Shown here in pieces: positions 26,063-36,755 of a DNA stretch of 64,000 nucleotides. The first letter of the stretch is position 1. Every line of letters starts with the position of its first letter. The notes under the pieces are model-generated. The model was not told where the DNA came from and made no database searches. It saw nothing but the letters and a program-made list of their open reading frames with translations. The stretch comes from Isurus oxyrinchus (lineage: Eukaryota). The DNA lies in NCBI GenBank assembly GCA_026770705.1, contig JANJGN010000012.1:108810001-108874000 (forward strand). Direction: 5' to 3'. The position numbers were made by a program, and so were the translations under genes.

Positions 26063-26899
26063 ACCCAGGGTAAATGGAGGCCTCCGGAAAGCTGCAGGTC
26101 CAAGAAAGATTACTGTCTGCAGACTGGTTTCAATGTACACAAAAAGGTCTTGGAAATCGACGTGAACTGCTAACAATCAAACAGACAACTTTTAAACACT
26201 TTCAGCAATTAAAACTTTGTGTAAAACATGAACAACACCTCTGAGTCCACTTATCCCGCCAGTGCATGACTTTTATTAAAAAATCTCCTACCCACCTGCC
26301 CGTTGGGCCCGTGTGCTGACCCGAAGTTCGCACGGGCCCCTCAAAATCCTGGACAATTGGCAAGTTAAGGGCCTTAACAAGGCCTTTAATTAATGGTGGG
26401 TGAGCGTCCACTGCTGAGCGCGCCCGCCGACCGAAATATCGTGATGCCGCACGCTGACGCTGGGACGCTCACGCGACATTTTAAGCGCTGACGTGTAGGC
26501 TCCGCCACCTACACGCCAGCCGGAAAATTCTGCCAATGTTTGACATCCCCACTGTCACCCTTCAACCTTCCCCCAACACCTTCAGAACGTTCTGATTAAT
26601 GTTGAAGTCCCCTTCCTCCCAGAGAATCCCATACTCCTCATCCTGCCCACCTGCCGAATCTGTGCCCATCTACATAACCCCAACAACAAGCCTCAGCACC
26701 CCTTCATGCGAAATCATCGTACCCTCACCCTCCGACCCTACCGGCTCTCACTGCCCCTTTTAACTCTCACCATACTCTTCTACCATGGTTACCCTCAGTT
26801 TGCATTCTAGGAATCCATCATTGACTCCACTGACTGCTCCCTGTGAACCCCTTCACATCTCTATGTCCCCCACTCCTCTTGAGACCACTACACCCCCGC

Positions 26900-27080
26900 A
26901 TATCCCTTCAGACCTCTATAATCTCCCATGCCATTTCAGACCTCCACACCCCCTCATATCCCTTCTACCTCTATGCCCCTCATGCCCCTTCAGACCTTTA
27001 AACGCTCATGCAACTTCAGACCTCTACAACCTCCACACCACTTCAGACATCTTCACATCCCCATGCGACTTCAGACCTGC
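26900..27080. repeat. Imperfect C-rich minisatellite (cttcagacctcta...)
   Basis: About six ttcagac motifs at irregular 20-55 bp spacing. Confidence 0.55.
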
Positions 27081-28299
27081 ATAAGACCCACCCCCACCAC
27101 CCACAACCCAACACGATCTTCCCACCCTCCCACTCACTTCCAGCTGACCCATTGAAGGACCCTCTCTGATTCCCTCTTCCTCCAGCACTCCCAACCTCCC
27201 TCGGCCCCCTCTAGGCTTGAAACCCCGCTCCACCTCTTCATTCCTCTCCTACTGCCTTTCACCCCCTCACCCCGCCCCCCACCCCCCACAACAACAACAG
27301 ATCCTTGCCGCCCAACAATACCGCCTGACGTCTTCCACCTGCAACTGGGAGATCTGATTATTGGGCAAATTCTCTGAATGAAGATCCAATCCCTAGGCAA
27401 AGTCTCCGAATGAAGGTCCAATCCCCTGGTGAAGTCTCTGCATGAAGATCCGATCCCTGGGCAAAGCTGCTGTTCCAAGAATAACCACCACCTGGATGCT
27501 ACTTCATGGAGATGATCCATGTGGTTGATGCTCCACCCATGCCGTGCTGCACATGGTGTTCCAGGGTCCAGTTGCTGGAGGCCTTCACCTTGTCCTCATC
27601 TCCGCGAGTTGCCCAAGGCTTTCTTAAGGTAAGGCCCAACTTTGACACATTGTGTTGGTCCAGACATGTTCTGGACCGGTGTGGTTTCCCACTGGCATCA
27701 CAGAGAATCGGGCATGGGGATGATTCCAGTTGGGACTTCATCTGCATCTCATTAGCAGGATGCAAATCGGTACCACGCCAGCCTCTGGTGGGAAATATAA
27801 CCCGCCATAGTGGGCAGTAGCAGAAGATCCCACCGTCATTTTATACCTGTGTGAAACCAATTTTTGGACCTCCCCCACTGCCCACCATTAAGCCAGCTGA
27901 GTGGGGGCAAGGGGAAATTCCATCCATTGTCCATGCCCAGGACAAGATTTTGATAGACTCATCCAAAATAAGGTTGTGGAGAAGGGTGGAATTTTTCTGG
28001 ATAAATTATGGAAATATCTAGACTGTGGAAATGTCTAGAGTGGAGATTGGGAAGCTGTGGACATGAGGCTGGACCAACAATTGAAAAGCAAAGCAAAGGA
28101 GTGGAGAAGCATCCATTGGGCAGGAAACAATTAAGGGCAAGTTGCAGAAGATAAAAGGAAGGGGGAAATTCTGGAGAATGGGGAACAAGAAGCCAGGGGA
28201 GATGAAGGATGAAGTTGGAATAGAGTGGGCAACAAATGGCCAACAATGGGCAAGAGGAGCTCAGGTCTGAGAGTACCAGAATGCGCACAGAGAGATAGA

Positions 28300-29376
28300 G
28301 GGCTGGATTTTCACCAAGTCAGGATGACTCGGGGGTCCTTTAAAAATGATAGGCAAATTCCAATTCCAGGATTCCCGACCCCATTCCCAAGTTGTCTGCT
28401 TTTCAGGAGTGGCTTTAAAGGGTGCGGGCTGGTTTATGTCAAATGCCTGCACTTGGCACTCCTGACCTGGCTGATTCCATTGAAGAGATAGGCATGCTCT
28501 ATACCTTCGCAATTTTCATGGAGTTGGGCCAGGTTTTTAAAGAGTCATGGTTCACAGCCCCTTAGAGGAGTCATGAACCCAAGAGGGGACTTTTTAAAAG
28601 GTAAGTTCAAAAAGTTGTCCTTATGTACCCATGCCAACCTGTGCCCCCATCCACTCTCCATGGTACCTCATGCCCCCTATGCCAAGCTATGGCACTTCCA
28701 AGCCCATTGATATACACTGTATAGAAACAATGAATCCTATAGGATTAATTGTAGGTTGTGTAAAAAATGCTTTAAAAATCATTTATTACTTTCCACCTCG
28801 TTTTAAAAATGTAATTCATTCATTACTTTCCACCATATTTAAAAAAAGGTCATTTCACCACAAGACAATAAAAGTGACAATCATCCAGACCCTTTAAAGT
28901 ATCAATAGCAGAAACCATAAGCTCTTTGAAACCATTTAACCTGTATAAATAAGCATTGTGAAATGGATCGCAGAAATCAGAGAGCCAGAGCGCCTTAAGC
29001 AGTGTTTTCCCTGCGAAGCCGCTGTTTCAACAAGAGTAACGGATATCTGGACTCTCAGCCAAGCAGAGTGAAATGACTTTTATGACATGGCATAGGGGCA
29101 TGAGGAGACATGGAGAATATGTGAGAAGTGAGGGCTAGAGTGCTTTCAGTTTTTATTTTGACTGGGGCGTGGTCCATGGCACTGAGGTGGGCCTTGTAAA
29201 CAGCCCACCTCCGCAGGGGCTGCCTCCCACCAATTTCCTAGGTCAGCTGGTCCAACTCCAGCCCAAACCCACCCCTGACAATGTCCCCTTTGTGGGCACA
29301 TTCTCTTCAGGGAGGTGGGCCGAGCCAGGAATTTTCCCAGCTCCCAGTACCCGCCTCAGTGATGAAAATCCAGACC
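28300..29376. mobile_element. ~1.08-kb non-autonomous Harbinger-type element
   Basis: TIRs gggctggattttcacc / gatgaaaatccagacc; 3-bp AGA flanks at 28297-28299 and 29377-29379. Confidence 0.75.
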
Positions 29377-29888
29377 AGAAGCTTTTGTTGGATAAAACAC
29401 AGGAGAAACTAAACATGGCTACGGAAATCCTAAAAATAGAGGCCTAGGAAATAGCGGTTGGGAGCTTAGGCCAGACTGAGTGCAATGAGTGAATTAAAGT
29501 TGCTGAACTGAGGTCCACAGTAGTTTATTGTCCAGGGAAGATCAGCAGAGGTACTGGAGAGGCACCTGGCAATAGTAGGCTGATATTCATCGTCTTTATA
29601 GACAATCTGTTGAGCTTTTAGTGCTGTGATCCTGAAGAGTGACTTCCACCTTCAGTAGGGTTTTAACCACTATCCTTAATAGCTGTTGTGCTCCTGACTG
29701 TTTCCTACAACTTTCACCTTCCACTGTGCGAAGGGAGAATGAGCTACTCCCCTCCTGGAATTAATTAAACATATTTTAGTCTGCAGTAGAGTTGTCACCA
29801 TTATGAGTATTATCAGCTGTGCAGTAGGTAACCACCAGTAATATTTTCAAACTCTATTATAGAATAATCCAATTTAATTGAACTTCAT

Positions 29889-31112
29889 GGGCAGAATTTT
29901 ACAGTCCCCAGCTGGCGGGTTTGAAGGCAGGGTGGGCTCATAAAATGCAGCGTGTGGCCTGCCCGACACCTACCTGCCACTTCTGACCTGTATTCCAGGA
30001 GGCATCAGGCACCCACCCGCCCTTGGGCCTATTAATGGCAACTTAAATGTCTCGCCCCACCCCTGCCACTATTTTACCCATGGAAGACCCATGCCATGTA
30101 GGTAGCCTGGCAACTTAAACTGTGTGGGCTGGTGTCTGTTCATATAAGACACTAGTTAGATCTCATCTGGAGCACTCTGTCCAGTTCTGGGCGCCATACT
30201 TGAGGAAGAATGTGAAGGCATTGGGGAGCGTGCAGAGGATATTCACAAGAATAATTCCTGGGATAAAGAACTGTAGCTATGAGAATAGATTGGGGAGTTT
30301 GGGACTGTTTTCCTTGGAGAAAAGAAGGCTGAGAGGAGAGTTGATAGAGGTATTCAAGATCCTGAGGGGTATGGACAGGGTAAATAGTGAGAAACTGTTC
30401 CCACAAAGAGAACATCAAGAACTAGAGGGCATAGATTCAAAATAATTGGCAAAAAGAGTAAATGTGATGTAAGGAAAAATTTTTTCACCCAGAGGGTGGT
30501 TGGAGTCTGGAATAAACTTCCTGAAAGGGTGGTGGAGGCAGGTTTGATCAAGATATTCAGAAGGGAATTGGATTGCTACCCGAAAAGCGAGAATGTGCAA
30601 GGTTACAGGGATAAGGCAGGGAAGTGGACTAGGTGAAATGCTTCTTCAGAGAACCGGTGCAGGCACAATGGACCAAATAGCCATATTCTGCGCTATAAAA
30701 ATACTGTGATAAAGTTAAATATTGAAGGCACCTCCCCCAAGTCATACACCCTTAACCCTCCCACTGGCCCCCAATCCCCTAATTTCCCTCGCCTGGGCCT
30801 GCCAGCCAGGCCCTGCCAATACCTTACCTTCTGCCCAGCCTCCATTAGCTTCTCTTCTTCAGGGGCTGGCTATAGTCACAGCATGACCACTGCTCTAACC
30901 TGATGTTGCTGGGACAATAGAGCTGCTGGTCATCCAACTGGCCAGCAGCTCGCTAAGGCAGGACTTCTCCCATGGGGGTAGAAGTCTCACCCTTAGCCAA
31001 TTAACACTCGGCTGAATGTGAAATGGCTGCGGGACAGCCAGTATCAGAAAGGATGCATTTCCTGCCAACTCTTCAGGTGACAAGAAACTCCACTGTCCAA
31101 AAAATCCTGCCC
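29889..31112. mobile_element. Harbinger-type MITE split by a CR1 insertion
   Basis: TIRs gggcagaatttt / aaaatcctgccc. Confidence 0.6.
30140..30707 (+). mobile_element. 5'-truncated CR1 LINE
   Basis: YKTLVRSHLEHSVQFWAP...LGLFSLEKRRLRGELIEVFKIL...FFTQRVVGVWNKLP. Confidence 0.9.
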
Positions 31113-31525
31113 TATGTTCTTTTCACAGAACAATATTGACCATCCAGACTTCTAACCACAATTCTATCGCACCAGGAGACATCGATACTACCATCACTGT
31201 AGCAGTCACCAACACAAAGACTGAACCACCTAGACCCCCACAACCTTTGAGCATAGAAACACTGCCAGAGCATGAAGAAGGTACAACCTCCACTAGTTGA
31301 TGGTGGTTTGGTAAGGCCAATTAGCAGTTGATGGTTGTAAGTGTGAATATGGTAGGTAGAGTTCAGTAGTCTGACTTCAAACTGAAGTTAATAGAATATC
31401 ATTGTCACCTACACACAATGAATGGGAGCAAGGTTGGGCAAGATAGAGAATTCTGTATCAGAAAGGTCCATGTGATTTGGACACTGATCTGGGCAGACTC
31501 TGGGTGCACAATATGGTAAAATGAA

Positions 31526-31743
31526 CCAAAAACAAAAATAGCTGGAAAAACTCAGCAGGTCCGACAGCATCTGCGGAGAGGAAGACAGTTAATGTTTCGA
31601 GTCCGTATGACTTTGAGTTCTAATGGAGAGTCATACGGACTTGAAACGTTAACAGTCTTCCTCTCTGGATCTGCTGAGTTTTTCCAGCTATTTTTGTTCT
31701 TGTTTCAGATTTCCAGCATCCACAGTATTTTGCTTTTATCTTA
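31526..31743. mobile_element. Small palindromic PLE-derived insertion (older subfamily)
   Basis: Inverted arms about ~31613-31628; 13-bp TSD atggtaaaatgaa at 31513-31525 and 31744-31756; hammerhead stem II gagtc-atacg-gactt-gaaac-gtt. Confidence 0.8.
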
Positions 31744-32884
31744 ATGGTAAAATGAATGACCCACTGCTGCCAGGTCTGAGGAAAGGTTACTGATCTCTAA
31801 CCAAGTGACTATTCAGCCTCCTTCGTAAAAGGGCTGGGATAACAAATTTTTTTTAAAAAACGTAACATTTTTCTTTAGGACATGATCCAGCCCTTCTTTC
31901 ACAGAGCAGACCGGCTTCTAAAGATCCACTGGGCCTCGAGGGATGTAGGATCTCACAGGTTGGGGGACTCCAGCCTTAGTCTGACTACCTCCACACTAAT
32001 GGCCTTGTTTGGGGCTTTTGGGAGGACCAACCCCATTAAAGAGTTAGAGGAAACCCCTGGGCAAGGCCAAGTTTGACACATCAGAGTTCCAATCTAGATT
32101 GTGGCACTTCTACTGTATATTCACTTGAGTTACGGCAGGAAGACATCAACAGAGCCATGGATCTTTGGTCTCAGTATATAAATAGGGTTAATGGGAAATC
32201 AAACAGGTTTCCAAATCCTACTGTAAAAGCTCCAGCAGCTGCACCTTTCAGACCTGATCTGTATATCTCAAACCACAGTGGGGAGTTTTTACTTACCCGA
32301 CCTGCAGGGAACTGGTTGGTGAAAAAGTCTTGGGGAGCCCCCAATTTGGGATTCCCTTGCACGTCATGGATGTCTTTAACCCAAAGCGTGTCAGTGAGTT
32401 GCTGATCAGTTCCCTGACCAGAGGCCAGACTGATTGTGGAGAGGAGTGGGACGTTCCCCATGCTGCGGAGACAAGGCTGACAAGTTGCAAAGCTGAATTA
32501 CAATCAGGTTCACATTATCACGTTAACTTCCAATCTGCCTCCTTGGAGCGGGTTGGCTGCCCAGGCTTAGTTAAAGCTGGAAGGAGATGGGTTGGAGAAA
32601 GATTTGTGTTGGGAATTATATTTTTCAGAACTTAAACCCACCCAACCCAAAACCCAACCCTTTGTGTAGGTTAAATTCAGCCCATAGACCTCTATAGTTT
32701 GGTTCTCAACAAACCAAGTTCAGCAGTTATTGAGAAGGATTCAATATCTTGTTAACTATTTAATTTTCTAAACTTATGCCACAGTCATTTGCCCCTCCTG
32801 GAAAAAATATTAAAAACTATTTTAGTAGGTTGATTGGATTTGACAGGGCAGTCACTCAGCAACATTGTTGTAAAAGTTTGACTT

Positions 32885-33410
32885 AGGGACAGGAGTAGGT
32901 CTTTCAGCCCCTCAACTCTATTCTGCTGTTAGATTAAATCAGAGCTAACCTGTACCTCAATCCTATTTTACTGCCTTTGATCCACATCCCTTGAGACCTT
33001 TATTCAACAAGAATCTATCAAGTTCAGTCTGGAAAATATCTATTGGCCCAGCATCCAGAGCTCTTTGGGTGGTGATGGTGGTGGGTGGGAAGGTGCAATG
33101 GAGAAAGAGTTCCAGGTTTTTACTCACCTTCATGTGAAGAAATGCTGACTGCACTGGTCTGACTCTAATTTTTAATTTATGCACAATTATCCTGAATTCC
33201 CCACCAGTGGAAATAGTTTTTCTTCATCTGCCCTATCGAATCCTTTCATTATTTAAACAATTCAATTAAATCACCCCAAATCTTTTATACTCAAGGGAAT
33301 ACAAGCTTAGTTTATGCAACATGTTTTCAATACTCAAATCTTAAACCTGGTATCATTCTGGTGAATCTGCATAGTAGCTTCTTCGAGGCCATTATATCCT
33401 TAAGCCTTCT
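32885..33410 (-). mobile_element. Degenerate CR1 3' fragment
   Basis: Minus ORF IFQTELDRFLLNKGLKG; terminus caggagtaggtctttcagccc. Confidence 0.7.
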
Positions 33411-33617
33411 GGGCTGAAGCTAGTACTTAATAAAATTATGCACTGACAGTCTGTCATTTTTTACCCATCAAATTTAATGCACAAAAACAGGCCAAGGCTA
33501 GAGGTTCCTAATTTTGCAATGTGCTTTCCCAGTATGTATGTGATGTGCTGTAATTAAATTTTTGCACCCAAGTACTTACATTTCTGTCACTGTATATTTA
33601 GATTGTGCTGCTCTCAC

Positions 33618-33758
33618 CTGATTTAGGGTTACACTCCACTGTAGGCAAGCAGGCAAGACTGGGAGACGTATTGTAAAAGGCTGTACTTCCTGTGACAGCA
33701 GAGGTAATGCTGCTCCGGCGCACAGCCGACACCACCTTTATCTCTTTGTTGGTTTGCA
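33618..33758 (-). CDS. DEPTOR: DEPTOR exon, Ser/Thr-rich linker (141 bp)
   Basis: (V)QTNKEIKVVSAVRRSSITSAVTGSTAFYNTSPSLACLPTVECNPKS; ttctag acceptor, gtgag donor; phase 1-1. Confidence 0.9.
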
Positions 33759-34958
33759 CTAGAAATAAGTAACAGGAAACAAGTTAGGCGTCCCTTGCAT
33801 TGGCTGCCTATAATCAGATTTATTCCCATCAATGGTAACACAGCCATGACCTTAAGATCTAACCTGAATGATAAAATCTAGGAATATATCTGAACAACTG
33901 AGGCAAGAAGTGTTTTTCAAAGGTTGAAGAATGTCTGTGTGTGTACCCCTGACTAACTCACCCCCTCACTCTTATTATACTTGGGCTTTCAGTCCACACT
34001 GATACATTTGACAGTAATGTTGGCATTCTGGAGGGATGAAATCAAATGGGCCAAAGATCTTTTTTCATTCTTTCATGATGGAATTGCTGACTAGGCCAGC
34101 ATTTATTCTCCATCCCTAATTGCCCTTGAGAAGGCGGTGGTGAGCTGCCTACTTGAATTGCTGCAATTTAAAAAATTATAGAGGAGATTATTCAATCCAT
34201 TTTCCTGCACCTGCTTTCTAAAAGAGCTCTCCTGTTAATGCCATTCCTGTGGACTTTCCCCAAACTCTTTTACAGTTCACTTTTTACAAATATTTATCCA
34301 TTTCCTTTTTAAACATTATTATGGATTCACTACAGAAGTGTCTCTAATAGGACATTGTATGTCCCCACAATCCTCTGTACAAAAAAGAAATGGTCCTAAC
34401 CTCTCTTAAGAATCCAACCATTTGTCTTTGACATTCAGTGGCACTGCTGAATCCTCCACTATCAGCATCCTGGGAATTACCATTGACTATTAAATGAACT
34501 GGGCCAGCCATATAAATACTGTGGCTACAAGAGCAGGTGAGAGGCTGGGAATTCTGCAGAGAGTAGCTCATCTCCTGATTCCCCAAAGCCTGACCACCAC
34601 ATACAAGTCAGGAATGTGATAGAATACTCTCCACTCACTTGGATGAGTGCAGTCCAGCAACACTCAAGAAGCTTGAAGCCATCAAGCAGCTTGCTTGATT
34701 AGCACCCCATCCATCACCTTCAACATCCATTCCCTCCATCACCAATGCACAGTGGCAGCAGTGTGTACCATCTGCAAGATGAACTGCAGCAACTAACCTA
34801 GGCTCCTTTGACAGCATCTTCCAAACCCATGACCTCTACAACACCACCACCTGAAAGTTCCGCTCCAAGCCACAACCATCCTCACTAGGAACTAAAACAA
34901 AAAACAGAATTACCTGGAAAAACTCAGCAGGTCTGGCAGCATCGGCGGAGAAGAAAAG

Positions 34959-34997
34959 AGTTGACGTTTCGAGTCCTCATGACCCTTCGACAGAACT
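34959..34997 (-). ncRNA. Minimal hammerhead motif (CUGUCGA variant)
   Basis: Exact reverse complement of 180-218. Confidence 0.7.
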
Positions 34998-35833
34998 TGA
35001 TTTCGAGTCCAGGAAAGAGTTGAAATATAAGCTGGTTTAAGGTGTGTGTGTGGGGGGGGGGAGGAGAGAGAGAGAGAGACAGAGGTGATTGTGTAGACAA
35101 ACAAGCAGTGATAGAAGCAGATCATCAAAAGATGTCAGTAACAATGGTACAGAAGAACACATAGGTGTTAAAGTTAAAGTTGGTGATATTATCTAAACGA
35201 ATGTGCTAATTAAGAATGGATGGTAGGGCACTCAAGGTACAGCTCTAGTGGGGGTGGGGGGAGCATAAAAGATTTTAAAATATTTAAAAATAATGGAGAT
35301 AGGTGGGAAAAGAAAAATCTATAAAATTTATAGGGAAAGAAAAAGGGGGAAAAAAGGGGGAAACAGAAAGGGGGTGGGGATGGGGGAGGGAGCTCACGAC
35401 CTAAAGTTATTGAATTCAATAACTTTAGGTCGTGAGCTCCCTCCCCCATCCCCACCCCCTTTCTGTTTCCCCCTTTTTTCCCCCTTTTTTTTTTCCCTAT
35501 AAATTTTATAGATTTTTCTTTTCCCACCTATCTCCATTATTTTTAAATATTTTAAAATCTTTTATGCTCCCCCCACCCCCACTAGAGCTGTACCTTGAGT
35601 GCCCTACCATCCATTCTTAATTAGCACATTCGTTTAGATAATATCACCAACTTTAACTTTAACACCTATGTGTTCTTCTGTACCATTGTTACTGACATCT
35701 TTTGATGATCTGCTTCTATCACTGCTTGTTTGTCTACACAAGCACCTCTGTCTCTCTCTCTCTCTCCTCCCCCCCCCCCACACACACACCTTAAACCAGC
35801 TTATATTTCAACTCTTTCCTGGACTCGAAATCA

Positions 35834-35872
35834 AGTTCTGTCGAAGGGTCATGAGGACTCGAAACGTCAACT
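35834..35872 (+). ncRNA. Minimal hammerhead motif (CUGUCGA variant)
   Basis: Identical to 180-218. Confidence 0.7.
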
Positions 35873-36572
35873 CTTTTCTTCTCCGCCGATGCTGCCAGAC
35901 CTGCTGAGTTTTTCCAGGTAATTCTGTTTTTTGTTTTGGATTTCCAGCATCCGCAGTTTTCTTTGTTTTCAACTCACTAGGAACTATATCACTGTGCCTT
36001 CAACGTCGCTGGTCAAAATCCAGGAACTCCCTTCCTAACAGCACTGTGTGTGTCCCTACAACACATGGACTGCAGTGGTTCAAGAAGACAGCTCTCCACC
36101 ACCTTTCCAAGGGGACTTAGGGATGGGCAATAAATGCTGGCCTAGCCAGTGATGCCCACTTCCCATTAAAGAATAAGAACAACTCACTCCTAATCCTTTT
36201 TTTGATCATTTTAAACTCATATTCTTACTGATCAGTGGAACTCACTTTGAGCTATCCATTGTTGGATGAACACTTAACTAATAGGCTGCTAACATGAATC
36301 CTATATTTCTATAAACCAGGCCAAAATCAGTTACTAACTGAATGTATTGGAAAATCTTGAATTTAAAGCATTAGAAAATTAAAGCATCATATGGTAAATG
36401 AATTAATCAACATCAGGGCAAACTATAAATGGGAAAAGATTTCCAGAACATTGATTTTGAAAAATGCTGTGTTTTCACATTCAAGCAATGAAGCAAACAA
36501 CATTTTTTACACAAGTGTAAGCAGACACCCAAGTACATTTTAAACAAGTATACTACTCAGAAATCCTTCTAC

Positions 36573-36755
36573 CTGAGAGAAAACTTGAGCCATCTTGTTC
36601 TGGATTCAGCTTTCGCAGGCAGAATGGGCTGTCGTGAGATTCCAGTGCTGTCCCTGAGTTTTCACTCAATAGTTCAGTGAGTCGTCGTCTTCGGCGAAAG
36701 TTTATGCGGAACTGGTACAGTAAGTTACCGTCAAAGAAATGGTGACGGTTGGAGA
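36573..36755 (-). CDS. DEPTOR: DEPTOR exon, DEP2 C-part and linker start (183 bp)
   Basis: (V)SNRHHFFDGNLLYQFRINFRRRRRLTELLSENSGTALESHDSPFCLRKLNPEQDGSSFLS; tgcag acceptor, gtagaa donor; phase 1-1. Confidence 0.92.

Larger units (their letters stand above)
22689..26534. mobile_element. Near-complete PIF/Harbinger DNA transposon (~3.85 kb)
   Basis: TIRs ggccagaattttc / gaaaattctgcc; possible AAT TSD; CpG-rich subtermini; convergent Myb/SANT and transposase genes. Confidence 0.88.
20090..27923 (+). mobile_element. Old degenerate Harbinger-type element(s) hosting nested insertions
   Basis: Myb/SANT relic ending KRMNDLIRAAR|gtaagt (~20520-20740) and KLSHNRRGREKTEGG (~21900-21950); outer boundaries uncertain. 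Confidence 0.45.
34895..35972. mobile_element. Palindromic PLE insertion, ~520-bp arms, no spacer
   Basis: Axis gttattgaa|ttcaataac at 35414/35415; 14-bp TSD ctcactaggaacta at 34881-34894 and 35973-35986; right arm has ~35 extra nt. Confidence 0.93.
34405..36180 (+). mobile_element. LINE family B 3' part, interrupted by the PLE palindrome
   Basis: Collinear with 41900-42637 on both sides of 34895-35972. Confidence 0.8.

Noticed and set aside
22921-26176. Domesticated HARBI1/NAIF1-like host genes
   Set aside because: Frameshifted, flanked by TIRs and located in an intron, so a transposon copy
35210-35921. Mirror-image ORFs on both strands
   Set aside because: By-product of the palindrome and low-complexity UTR sequence
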